61,441 bases of DNA, filler included, from Hausera hauseri (GCA_046269625.1; 10 parts of 10 records of this genome joined end to end with filler, not necessarily neighbours in it); one strand, 5' to 3'. Positions 25,499 to 38,820 are shown, numbered from the whole stretch's first letter. Numbers and translations are program-made. Notes: generated by a model not told the origin, from the sequence alone.

Positions 25499-28400
25499 TG
25501 TAGCAGAAAAATTTCAATAAGACCGTCTAACGGCAAAACTGTCCAAAGCCGAGAACCGGGCCGACCATTGGTCGGCACAACGATACCCCCATTGCAAGGT
25601 GGAAACTATAGAGATAAAATGAAGTAGGGAACAATTGCAAAACAGCAGTGTGGGCTACCTATGTGGTCTTAGTATGTATGAAACGCTGTATTCCTGCAGT
25701 GTTAATCTCTTTACTATAGGTACTAAATGACACGAATTTGCGCTTTTTCAGTGTCATTGAATCTGGTTGACGAGTCTGATGAGGTAAAACAATGTCGAAC
25801 TTCGTCGTTGAAGGTGATATATCATTCGGAGAGGAGGAATGGGCTGGAGGGGAAAATATAAGAGAAAAGGGAAGAAAAGTGGTAAGGGTAGTAGAAGGGG
25901 TGTTTGGAGTAGGTTCTAGTAAAAGGGTAGATGTAGGGTTTGGAATGGAGAAGGGTGCAGGAGTTGGAGGAACTGAAAGGGGAAAAAGCGGCGGAGTCAG
26001 AAAACGAATAGAAGGTTCAATTTGAGGGGCATCATCTACGAAGAAAGCAGGCTTTACGTTGTTGATATCCACCGCTAGTTCCTTACCGTCTTTTGAAATA
26101 ATGGCATTGTGAGAATGCAACTGAACGAGTTTGTAAGGCCCCAAATATCGTGGTTGAAAACCGCCCGGCGTCTGGTTCTTTAAACAGACGAACCTTGCCG
26201 AGTAAAAATCTTCCGGTAGGTACGTTTTATTTTCATTTATGATCCTGTAGAATGAATCTTTACTGACTGAGATAAAGTGATTTTGTGCCGATCGGATAGC
26301 TTCATCTGTAGGTGTATCTTTCAAGGCAGTTAACTCAAACAATGGACGTACAGGTGCTCCCAAAAGGGCTTCCGTAGATGAACAACCTGTAGAAATAGAA
26401 GGAGTGTTTCACCAACCCAGAAGAACCAACGGAAGAAGAGTAGTCCAACTGCTATTGGATTCAGTGAGAATTCTAAGTGATGTTTTTAGTGTTCGATGGA
26501 ATCTCTCTAAAAGACCATTCGATTGGGAGTGATACGGAGTTGTGTGAAAGTGTCTGATTCATAAGCGGTTGACTAGTGATTTAAACAAGTTGGAATCAAA
26601 CTGAGTACCTTGATCCGTAATAATAAACCTAGGGTATTCAAATCTGCTGATCCAAGTGCGTATAAAAACATCGGCTATTGTGTCCGTGTTAGTGCTCCGT
26701 AGAGGGACGGCTTCTAGCCATCGTGAGGAACGATCCACCATGGTCAAAATGAACTGATGGCAGTTGTCAATGGGAAGCGGTCCGACAAGATCAATATGTA
26801 CGAACTCGAAACGCGGTGTGCAAGGGAAATGGTACATTGGTGGCTTCAAATGCTTGATGATGTTAAATTTTTGGTAGGCTACACATGCCTTAGCCCACGT
26901 TTGCACATCAGAATGTATAGTCGGCCATATTGCTTGCCGGTGAAGCAAACAAAAAGTCGCCTTAGCACCAGGATGGTGCAGTGAATGTACACTGTTAAAT
27001 GACTGCTTTTGCAAGGTAGGAGCCAAGATTATTGTAGGCTGTCCCGGATTAGATTTGTCGAAAGCTACGCCGTCAATGTCCGAAGGTGGTTGGTTTTCTT
27101 GCAGCTGAGCTTGTGTGAAAATAAGCTTAAAATTAATGGAGCCAACAGATCTGGAAAGAAAATCAGCAACTAAGTTATTTACACCGTTAATGTGTTTGAT
27201 CTCAAAATTACATCAAGGACTATCGCTAGTAGTTATCGGTCGAAAGTGGAGTATCTGGTTTCAGGAGCTGTTAGTTTGCGTAAAAAGAATTCCACTGGCT
27301 GATTTTCACCTTCATGGATTTGATGAAATACGGCGCCCACAACAGTGGTGGAGGCGTCTGTCGTGAGGATCAGCTGTGCATCATGTTTGGGGAAAGCTAA
27401 TATTTCGACGGTTTTTAAACCTTCTCTTAGCTTTTCGAATTTGTTAACTAGTTCAGAGGTCCATTGTATTTGCTGGTGTTTTTTTCCACTACTGAGGTGA
27501 GCAAATAGTGCGGTAAGTTCGGAGCAGTACGGCACATACTTGTGCAAAGTGCCCAAAAAGCTCCTCATTTTTGTTGTTGTTCGATGTAGATGCACGCTTT
27601 TTATGGCTTCAACTCGATTGGGCTGAGGTGAGTGACCAAGGAAATTTATACGCTTCTAGAAAAAGTGACATTTGTCGAAATTAATCTGCGTGTTATACTG
27701 GTGTAGGCGTTGAAAGATTGATCTAAGGTGTCCTTCGTGTTGTTTGATTGAGGAAGAAACAATTAATATGTCATCGATGTAGGGGTGAGCATATGGAAAA
27801 TCTGAAAGAATAGCATCGATGTGGCTTTGAAGGGTCTGAGCGACGTTCCGTAGGCCGAATTGCATATATAAATATTCGTAATGGTCAAAAGGTGTAGTAA
27901 CGGTGGTTTTTTCGATATCTTCGGGTGCCACCGGGATTTGGTGACAAGCCTTGGCCAGGTAAATGGTTGCATAGATTTTCGTGGAATTGAGGCGATATAA
28001 TATGTCCTTTATCAAGGGTAAAGGATACGTGTCCATTATAGTCAAAGAGCTTAGCTGCCGTTAATAACCACGTGGTCGTCACGATCCATTTTTTGCACTA
28101 CATGTAAAGCAGAAGGCCATGGAGACTTTGATCGACATACAATTCGGGAACGTTCAAGGTCAGCGAATTCGGCTTCGATCGCCTGTCTGCGTCTGGGCGA
28201 AAGTGGTAGAACCTTTTGCCGAATGGGCCTTTGGTGTTGCGGAATGATGTGATGGAAAGTACTATTTTCTGGTGTGAAAGACCTATCTTTTCCAAGTACA
28301 CGAGCGCATGACTTAATAAGGTACTGCTGTAGATTTTTCGGCAATTGTGAAAGATCAGACGGAATGGTTGTGTCAAGAATAGTTGAAATGTGAAAGGTAC

Positions 28401-30511
28401 TAGGTGGCTTAACATTTGTACGATTTTTAGATAGACTGGATGTGCCGAAAAATGAATCAGAGGTCGTGATTCTATACGATGTGTGTATTATGTTGAAGAA
28501 ATCGCACTTGTCGTTGTTTAATCTTGCTTTGTTGTCAGCATCGTATTTGATTAATTTACAAAATATATTATAGTTATGAGAAATTGCTTGTTTAATAGTC
28601 GGTATTTTCAAAATAGACTTCCTTGAGCCGTTCGTTCGTGTGATGGTTGAGACACAATTTATTAGTTCGGTTTGATTTTTATTGATGGTGTTTTTTAAAC
28701 AACGATGTTTACAATCCACCAGGAGATTGTAATGTAACAAAAATTCTGACCCAAGGATGGCCGTTTGGATATATTAGACTGTAAATGTCCAATGAAATTC
28801 AGAGGAGAAATTTGGCATGGTGAAAGAAAGTGTAAAAGTTCCGGAATCATGTAAAGGTTGTTCGGAAGCTGTGAAAAGAGATTTCACTTTAGATGTAACG
28901 TTGTGGACGGGAAAGGTGAATGGTAGAAGTGATATTGTTGCACCTGTGCCGATGAGGAAGTTTATATGCTGGGGTCTCGGGGCGATGGAAGAAGCTTTTA
29001 ACGTGAACACAGAAAAGAAAATTTTTGGCTATTAGTAAGTGGAGAAATGCCATCGCCAGTGCGTGCCGAAAGCACTAGCATGGAAATTAGTTTTTTGAAA
29101 AAGGAGAAACAAAGCGGCTGTTAGAAGTGCAACCATAGATGCATCTGCGTGCATTATGTCTGAATTTTGCATGATATATGCAAATGCTGTTGTCTGTATG
29201 GTATCATTGATTATAAAATTTACACCCTAGGTGGCATTTTTGTACATTAGTATCAAACCTACCGTGGTAATAGTAAATCAATGATCGTCCATTTCAGGGT
29301 GACCGACCACGAGTCATAAAACTCTTACGGTCATGAATGAAACGTTCCACCTCGTGGAGTCAATAAAATCTCGTTCAGTTTATTTTTGATATTACTTATT
29401 GTTGTTTGTAGGGCCGCATTTTCGGTTCGTAGTTGATTTAAGTGCTATTCAAATGTAACGTTGTTGGTAGTAACGGCTGCAGAAATGACTGGTTGGGTGT
29501 GTACATTCAAAACCTCGTATGTTTTGTTTGCCAGTTCGGCCAATTTATCAGGCGTCGTCGATTCTTCCACGACAGTTAGTAAGGCTCTAATTTGTATGGG
29601 TAATGCGTTCAAGAAGTAGCGTCGCAAAAGATCGGCATTATGTTGTTTAGTCACACCAAGTGTTTGTAGTTGAACGAGTAAATTTCTAAGGAAATCTGAT
29701 AGTTTTTGCGTCTCCATAGCATTTTCGTTGAAAAACCGATGAATTATGGAGTCCATGGATGGTTCGTTAAGCTTTAAAACGGCATTGTAAAGATGGGTGT
29801 ATGAATCAGGTTGTTGGAAGATGTCTAGCAAGTCATGAACGGATGTTTTTACTGTAGTCGGTAAAAGACCAAGTAGGTTATGAGCTTTGGCTAGAGAATT
29901 AATAATACCATTAGACTGCAACCAAAAGTTTGTAAAAGCTAAGCCAGGTTTTGATGGACTTTTCATGATCGATAAAATATTCTGTGCACTGAAAAGAAGT
30001 GTTTTTGGCTGGTGGGACGGAAGGTGTATAAGTGGTGAAAGTAGATGTTGTGGTGACGGTTGAAGTGTGGTGAAAAGCAAAATGTAATGGTTTAAAGGTA
30101 GTTTTGTCAGTGGTGTCAATGGTGGGTGAAGAGCCCATGCCACCACGTATGAGCAAATGTACATGGATAACGAGATGTGGGTTTGAAGGAGACAAATTGT
30201 GAACATTGGCATTAACGAGTGATAGATTATTAAGAGTTAAATAAAAGTCCGAAAGGGCAGTAAAATATTATAAATATTTGTGTAAGTACACTGGGTCTAT
30301 ATGGTATGTTATATAGTGCGTCAGTATTTGAGAATTATTTAGTAAAAAGTAAAGCGAAAGAAGTGTCACAGACCCTAGTTGGTGATCTGATGCCGGGACA
30401 GACAATTGCGTGGGACTCACTGACATAGAACAGATGGTCTGGCAGTCGGTCACACTGTGATGTACTCAAAAAACGGAGGTGACCGAGAGTAGGTAGATTT
30501 GAGCGCATGGC
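25499..30511 (-). mobile_element. CsRn1-type Gypsy element copy B, near full length (Ubl-gag, PR, RT, RH, IN, PPT, start of 3' LTR), degenerate
   Basis: All pol domains are present as broken ORFs (FLIGTGA, YIDD, LTTDAS, YSTFDR, HIDLVGP, ITDQG, YLGPY). A G-run PPT lies at 25586-25590, followed by (C/T)GTTGTGCCG resembling the LTR start of copy D. Confidence 0.92.
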
Positions 30512-31339
30512 NNNNNNNNNNNNNNNNNNNNNNNNNNNNNNNNNNNNNNNNNNNNTTAATTAATTAANNNNNNNNNNNNNNNNNNNNNNNNNNNNNNNNN
30601 NNNNNNNNNNNTAAAAAGTAAACGAAAAGAATAAATTCCATTAATTGTTATCGAAAAATTAGTGTCTGTAATCCAGCTAAATACGGATTGACTGACTCGT
30701 CAGATTATAATATGACTTAGGAATATTTGGATCGATATGAGTTCCTGGAAATATGTGTTTCGGTTGAACAGATTTGCAGAAGGTATATCAAATCCAGCTA
30801 ATTCGGACATTGTCACGAAATTGGTTTCACTTACACACGTTTAATAAAATTGTTTAATGTAAATGTTTTTTTTTTCAACGTAATGTTTTTATATGAAATA
30901 CAATTGAATTTATTCCTGCCATTTCGACTTTTGAATTTTAATTCTCTATTGGCCATTTTGACATTACGATTTTATTTTGGAATTTGACTTGTTTTGTATA
31001 CCCGGATATTTATTCACTGAACTCTCAATTTGTGTCTGAAAAAATTTTGAAATTCATGAGGAAGCGTAAGGCGGCAGAGTTAGACTGGAATGAAGATGAC
31101 AAAAATCACGATTATTTATCAGGCGATTCTGTTTCAACGATCGGTATGGGTTTTGTTGGTGTTCATTATTTGGTAAAAAATTTTGATAAAATGTTAAATG
31201 AAGTTTTGTTCCATAAATATGATTCCAGTTTATTTTCCGTTTCTTACAAATGTTTTATTTCTTTGTATCGGGAATCGTTTCAGACTCAGTCGGAATATCT
31301 TTTACTAAGATTATTTTGTCAAAAAAATAAATGGATTCG

Positions 31340-32700
31340 ATTTGACAACAAAGAACCTGGTCTGTTGGACAATTGTTTAGTTATTCCTAGTAAAGAAGCA
31401 ACGAAGGAAGATTTGTTATTAAATCATTCGGAATCCCATATTCAATTGATTAGTGCTACTGAAACGATGACGGAAATTCAATTGACAGATTTATCGTCAC
31501 AACATGATGCCGTTTATTTTCATAATACTACTAAAACGGCAGCACCACTTGCAGCTGGGTCTATCATCGGACAATCGTGTTCGAAACGGATTTTGTTTGA
31601 TCAGACCACCGGGACACCATGCAGTGGAAACCGAAGCCTGCGGTTCTTGCATTTTTAACAACGTTGTAATTGCTGCCAAATACGCCTCTATTAATTATTC
31701 CGTTCAACGAATACTCATTGTTGATTGGGACGTCCATCATGGTCAGGCATCGCCATACAAATTCTACAATTCGTCAAAACTTATTTACATATCCATTCAT
31801 TGGTATGAGAACGGTGAATTCTGACCGAAATTTCAAGAATTATGGTTACATAGGGTCAAATGAAGGGAAAGGTTTCAATATTAACACTCCTTTAAATGAG
31901 AAAGAGATGAACAATAGCGATTTCTTGGTAATATTTCACAATTTAATTTTACCGGTGGCCTATGAGTTAAATCCAGAGTTGGTCCTGGTTTCAGCAGGGT
32001 ACGATGCTGCCACTGGTTGTCCAGAGGGATTAATAAATATACATCCGGCCTGTTATGGTCACATGACTCATAAATTGATGGATGTGGCTAAAGGCAAAGT
32101 CATTTTGGTCTTATAGGGTGGTTAGTGTTTGGATTCTTTAGCCGATAGTGTTGCGGTGTCCATAGCCACTTTACAGGATAGTACAATAGAGACCATTCAT
32201 AATTGCTGGAAATTTCTGACCTATTATTGGAAAAGTCTATCGGTCAATGTTGTGAGATTGGAAGAACTGTATCCCGATTATATTCAGAATCAGAAATTGT
32301 CAACATATAATCCCAAAAACAATGCAATGTTGCCTGTTGAAACCAGTCCATTGAAAAACGGTCTAAATCCTATTATTATCAATGAATTACGTGATTTGAA
32401 AGAAGCCAATCTTATTAACGATTATCCGAACAAAACGTGTTTTGTTTATGATTGTCGAATGGAAAATCATATGAAAGAGATGAGAAATATTCCAGAATCA
32501 CCGAGGACGACACAGAAAATATACGAGCATTCACGAGAGTGGATTGTTGCAGACTTGTAAACATTTGGAAACCAGATTGGCTACCAAGAAACAGTTAAGT
32601 CTCATTCACACTATAGATTACATCAATCGACTCCAAGAAGTCTGTAAAGACTCTGCTGATATACATCAAAATTTTGAAAATGGCTGCGATTCCATATAAG
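31340..32700 (+). pseudogene. Class IIb histone deacetylase (HDAC6-like) pseudogene
   Basis: NGFCLIRPPGHHA, CIFNNV, ILIVDWDVHHGQ, PELVLVSAGYDAA, followed by the start of a second HDAC domain (TCFVYD.RM..H...PESP). Multiple frameshifts and stops. Confidence 0.88.
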
Positions 32701-32720
32701 ATTACTGCTGGTATCCATTT

Positions 32721-34290
32721 ATGAATTCGACGAATCCAGTAACATGTTTCTTTGCATCAATCAGCCGACGAAACGCTGTTTGTATTTTCGATGCTTATAC
32801 CGGACAAGTTTCCTTGGCTACGGAATTTAGCTACCAAGAAACGTCAGAGACAATCTGTACTCACTGCGAATCAACTGCCAAGATGGAGTCTACAGAGCCA
32901 TTAAAAATGCGTATTCGTCTGCCACAGTTAGAAATTATTGAGTCTACCATAAAAAGGCATCACCAAAGCCTGCTCGTCAATTGCGCCAAAAGCCATTGGC
33001 ACCACCACCGCTACAGAAACCGAAAAAATTGCCAAGAGAAACAAATTCAATGCGCATTTTCTGTACAAGAAAAGAAAATCGCCGTAGCAGTGCAATAGTT
33101 GTATCAACAGAAGTAAAACCAAGACGCATTCGGCAGCTGCGGTCGCCAAGTAACAATAAGAAAGTCAGTCCATCGGTTGTGGAAAATCCTCCATTAATAC
33201 TAAAGCTTTCTTTGGAACGAGCACAGTCACCAAAGTCCGAGTCCCCGCTGCCGTCCAAATCGACCGGTAGCATAAAGTTACGACTTAAGCGTACTTAGAA
33301 AATACCAACTGTGACAGAGACGAAACAAGATAAAAATGCATTCGAATACAGTAAGACCCCGATAACGGTAGCACCTCCGGTGCAGCCTCGACAACGCTCC
33401 CAGCATGCTGTTTTACAGTTTAGTCCGGCTCAGTCGAGTCTCAATAATGAATCGGGTGCAGCGCACAATGAAATAAGCCGTCTTCTGCAGCGTCAGGAAC
33501 AGTGAGAACCCCTCGAGTCGACTTCGATTGATCAGGGTTGCTCGTTTTCTCAACTGCCCGATCCGTATCTAATGGTCACCGATTCCACTGTATTCATGGA
33601 TCCTCATGAGGTTGATTTGGTAGTTGTCAAGAACGCCAAGTACAAAAAAATGTGCAACGCCGCAGAAGATGCTCGAAAAGCGCCAGTAGACGTCGTGTCT
33701 GATAATATCTCCGGCGAAATTTTCGTGCCCGGTTATTACGTTGATCAGAAAAAAGCCATTTTATCTTGGCATCATTCGAGCCCATCGATGCCAATTCTAG
33801 ATCCACAGGAACCGCATTCCGATATTGGTGATGTGAACAAAGCAGCTAGCACGTTCGGTTATGGCCAGACTATATCCAACCAAAATTTCCAGCCCTACTC
33901 AGATCCACCAGACCGTGTCCAACAATCGTTGTTGTGCATGGCTGCAACATCCCAGTAGAATCAGTATACTTTCAAATCGCCGTTCTTCAAACAACAGCAG
34001 CCACAACAGGAGCAGAACTACCACTTCGTCTAGTGGAGGATACAATTACTCGTATCAGCCCACGGACCAAATAAGCCCCTCACCCGTCTGCTCCAGCTCA
34101 GCGTGTTCCATTTAACTGCAGGACTATTCGTATTTTCAAAGTGGCGCACAATAATCGGTGCAGTCTCATTCTTCTTCCGGCGATCCGTTATCATTTTCAT
34201 CAATGCCGATTGCCACCTCCAATTATGAGTCGTCCGAATCTTATGTGTCTAAATCTACCAAAAACATGGTCATCCAGTAGCAGTAAAGCA
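32721..34290 (+). pseudogene. Fragmented Pro/Ser/Gln-rich hypothetical ORF
   Basis: Chain of overlapping low-complexity ORFs with no recognised domain. Confidence 0.3.
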
Positions 34291-34299
34291 GGTAAGAAT

Positions 34300-37200
34300 T
34301 TGATTACCCCGGAATTTGGGATCCGACGCTGCGAGGCTGAGATTCCGGTCGCCCACCCTGCACCGGTGGGTCAGACGGCGCCTTTTGCTTCCGCCCCACA
34401 ACACGCTCCCGGGCACACCACCTCTTCTTATTTCTTTTTCTTTTTTCTCAACAACAAACACATTAACCCACATACAGCAACACATTTAAACACAGCTGCC
34501 ATCCATGAAATCATCTCCACTTCTCTTCACTCCTCTAATTTCTACCTTACACACAACGGATATCTAGTACCCCTCACTGGAACTCTACAATCTTCCTCAA
34601 CCCACATCTGTCTTCATATTCATTTCCGTATCCGTGGTGGCATGGATTCGTCACCCACAATTTACTCCACGGAAAACTCGTCAAACCACAGATCCCCGTC
34701 ATTCGTTTACCCAAACACAGCACTTCCAACACCCCTACACAACATACTCTCCTCACTCATTTACCCTGCACCGAATATTTCCTCGATAGCCAAAACTCTA
34801 CTCAAACTTGGCTAAAACTGCACCAATTTTTGCTCCAATCGCAAAACGTCGTCGACTCTTTAGCCAAAGCCAACGGCCTCTTTTTCCACTTACCAGCTTC
34901 CATCAAAACTAAAATCATCAATATAATCGATACCCTTCAGCAGGTGACACATATACCCAACTCTATAATGCCGTTTTCAAGCTTACTGAGCCTTCAATCG
35001 ATTCAATCATTCAAAGGTTCTTTAACGACAACGCCATGGGCCTTCAGAAGCTTTCTGAATTCTTTCGCACATCCTTGTTTCACCTCAACACCCTTGGCGT
35101 AACATCTGAGCATAGCCCAGAACTTATTCGTCGCTATTTTTGAAATGCATTACCCCTTCAAATAAGAGCTTTGCATACCGTGGTCGATGACTCCACGGCT
35201 CTGGATAAGCTAGCCGAACTGGCAGACAAAGCATATGAAGTACTGCAGTCACATGCAGCATCAACTATTTCTGCGGCATTACCAACAGACCAGCAACAAC
35301 AAAATGCAATGCTGCAGCAACAAATTGCGCAATTACGCACAGAAAATGAAATTCTGCAAAACTCAATTAGCAACATAAACGAAAAATTAAACGAATTAAC
35401 GCTGCCTCGACGGGGTTTTTCTAGGCTTGCTTCCCCTAATGTATTTAATCAACGTCAAAGACGGTCGCCTTCGCCCGCGCGGTTACCTATTTGTTATTAT
35501 TATAGCAAATTTGGCAACAATGCTCAGAAATGCTGCATCGATTGTAAATTTTATTCCCTGATTTTAATACAAGCAACATCGTTTGCATCTACCACTTAAA
35601 ATTTGGCACAAAAGCACAAAAATGCCTACCTGGCTGTATCTACAGCACACACAATAACACCAACACTAATAAACGCGCACAAAACAGTAAACCAAACTCA
35701 CCAGCTACAAAAAACTGATTTCGCCGCTGGGACACACGGCAAGTCCTAGCTAAGGCAACAACCTGCAAAAACATAGCCGACACATTTCCTTTGCTGTATT
35801 TACGTTGGAAGCAGCAATCGTCACTCCAACAAAACAAAACATTAACTTTCTTATAGACACTGGCGCAGCAATCTCTCTACTGCCACCAACACAACACATC
35901 CAACACAATTTCACCTCAAAAAAGCAACTCTTCACTGCTTCCGATGAACCTTTACAAATTTTTGGAGTTTCCACATTAACATTCACTCTTCCACATTTCA
36001 CAAATATATTTACATGGAAATTTACAGTAGCCAATTTACGCACACCTATATTGGGTTCAGACTTTCTGTCCCACTACAATTTACTTGTAGATTGCATACA
36101 ATGTTCCTTAAAGTGCGAAATAATCTTAATCAAATTAGCGGCACTTCGGTGTCCACCTCGGCGATCGCTTCCAGCAAGTCAATACTGAAGCAAACGACTT
36201 CCGATTTAAATTATTTTCATAGTCATACATTATACAGGAATTTTTACTGCGGTGAAAAATACGATATTGCCAACTGCGTGGCACCTTTTACTAATAGTAC
36301 CGCTGCCAACACCATCTTCAACACAAACATCCTGCACCAAATACCACCCAGTCACAACATTTCGCCTATAACTCATACCTCAATTGCATCTAATCACGAT
36401 ACATCAATACCATCGGATAATTTGTCATCGTTGCCTTCTGATCTACAGCAATACATTTCGTCTTCCTGCACGCGTCTTTTGCAGAAGGACAAATCATTCA
36501 TACCACCTCAATCCATCTTCCATCACATAGTAACAGCAGATCAAAGACCAATACGTCAAAAGGTCCGTCCGCTATCGCCTCGTCGCAGACGGGCAGTGGT
36601 AGCTGAGTTCCTTGAACTTGAAAAATCAGGAATAATCAGAAGATCAAAATCCCCCTGGTCTTGACCACTACATGTTGTTCCAAAAAAAGATGGCACATTT
36701 CGCCCATGCTGTGATTACCGCCAAATTAACACCATAACAACAATGGATGCCTACTCTTTACCATTAATCAACGACATTCTACACAGGCTCCATGGTTCGA
36801 CCATCTTTTCCTGCATTGATCTACACAAAGCATACCACCAAATTTTGGTGGCACCAGCAGACATTCCGAAAACGGCTGTAATTACACCTTTCGGCCTTTT
36901 TGAATACCTCATCATGCCTTTTGGACTCCCTAGCGCGTCCCACACCTTCCAAAGGCATACCGATACAGTCCTATCAGGCTTAGACTTCGCCTATCCTTAC
37001 ATCAATGATGTCTTAATCGCATCATCTTCCTCCAAACAACACTCTGAACACTTGCGTTTAATCTTCCAGCGCTTAGACCAAAACAATTTGCAAATTAACT
37101 TTTCCAAATGCTCCTTTTTTCAACATAAGGTCAATTTCCTAGGACATGTTAATAGCTTCTCCGGAAATTCACCTCAGCCAGACCGCATCACACAGCTCAA

Positions 37201-37811
37201 AAACATACAACTACCACGTACATCAAGAGAGATGCGTTCTTTCCTCGGAACCTTGCACTTTATTCATAAGTACGTTCTGCATTGTTTTACTCTAACCGCT
37301 TCATTTGAATCATTAAGCTCTGGCAAGAAGAAACAGCTTATTCAATGGACCGCCAATGTAGTCAATGCTTTCGATCGTCTCAAAGACCATTGGAAAACTA
37401 TGAAATTACTGGCTTATCCAGACTTCCATGCAGAACTTTTCTTAACCACCGACGCAGCCACGACAGCTGCAGGTGCTGTCCTCCATCAAGTTAAAAATGT
37501 ATCCCATAAACCATTGGAATTCTTTTCTCGAAAATTTACTGCACAAGAGCAGAGATACTGCACCTTTGACCGAGAGTTGCTTGCAATGGTCCTTGATGCA
37601 AAGCACTTCAAACATCTGCTAACGGCACGAACAATTACAATTCAAACGGACCACAAGCTATTGCTTCAAATTCTCACCATGAAATCGCCTTCTCCACGTC
37701 GGGCGAGGCAAATATCGTATTTGTCCATATTTACTTTTGAAATTAAGCACTTAAACGGAGTCGACAATTTAGTAGCTGACTTTTTGTCCCGATCGGTCAG
37801 CTCGATTGATT
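34300..37811 (+). mobile_element. CsRn1-type Gypsy element copy C (Ubl-gag, PR, RT, RH), truncated at the contig end
   Basis: Degenerate tRNA-Trp PBS-like TGATTACCCCG at about 34301; gag with CYYYSKF/CIYH; protease FLIDTGA; RT and RNase H in 36743-37811. Confidence 0.92.
35709..35750 (+). promoter_or_regulatory. Gag-pol -1 ribosomal frameshift signal (A AAA AAC plus H-type pseudoknot)
   Basis: AAAAAAC lies immediately before the gag stop, followed by GCCG/CGGC stem 1 and GCTGGGAC/GTCCTAGC stem 2. Equivalent sites occur in copies A, B and D. Confidence 0.75.
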
Positions 37812-38584
37812 NNNNNNNNNNNNNNNNNNNNNNNNNNNNNNNNNNNNNNNNNNNNTTAATTAATTAANNNNNNNNNNNNNNNNNNNNNNNNNNNNNNNNN
37901 NNNNNNNNNNNACAATTTGATTTTTTGGTAAATTATAGAGCTTATTGATTGCAATAATGTAACCCAGATATCAAATTAATTGAAAAGGGTAAGTGGGTTA
38001 AAATTGAAAAAACTGTTTTTTATTCAACTGTTCCCTTTGAAGAAAATTTGATAAGAAATTTATATTCGAATTTTGACCTGATTTTTCACTATATTATCAA
38101 TTCGAGTATGCTGATTCCAAATATCGTGTTTATATTTTGATTGGATAATGGAAACCGTGTCAAATTTTAAATTAATATATGCTCGAATAATAATTACGAT
38201 TGATTTATTGTTGTAAAGAAGAATAAATTATCATAATCTATGAAGTCTAGTTGTGTTAATATTTACATTAACAATACATTTTTACCACACCATGAACTCT
38301 CAATTATTAATAAATAAAAATTCTTTGGAAATATTTTATTTTGAAATTCAGTTTTGTTTAAATTTCAAATCAGTGGTTCCGGATTTCCCATTTTTATTGT
38401 ATATTTTTTACAATGCTAATACAACATTTACCAATTTCCCATTCAATCCAGGTGTATTTATTGCCTGATTTTATAATTGTGAGACCTGTTTCACAGAATT
38501 TACAATCAGAATTAATTGAAGACATTTTTATTGTATATTTTTATAAATAAAGTGTTAAGAGTAATTGTATTACCAGGATTATAG

Positions 38585-38690
38585 TGTTGTGCCGCGGACT
38601 AGGGTGCCACCACAGTTTGCTGCAGACAACTTCGGTCTTACCCATGATCCAACACACAAAATGTCAACAGATTCCACTCATATTATTACT
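38585..38690 (+). repeat. LTR fragment related to the 3' LTR of copy D (end uncertain)
   Basis: 38585-38616 matches 48198-48229 at 26 of 32 nt and starts with TG. Confidence 0.6.
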
Positions 38691-38820
38691 CTAGTGCACT
38701 ATCCGGCTTAAATTCAAATTCTTACTACTGGTGAATCAGTAGATTTTCCTACACTTTTTGAAATAGTTTGACATATAAGTCATGAGTAACGCTAAGCAGG
38801 ATAATGCGACGTAGAAAGTG

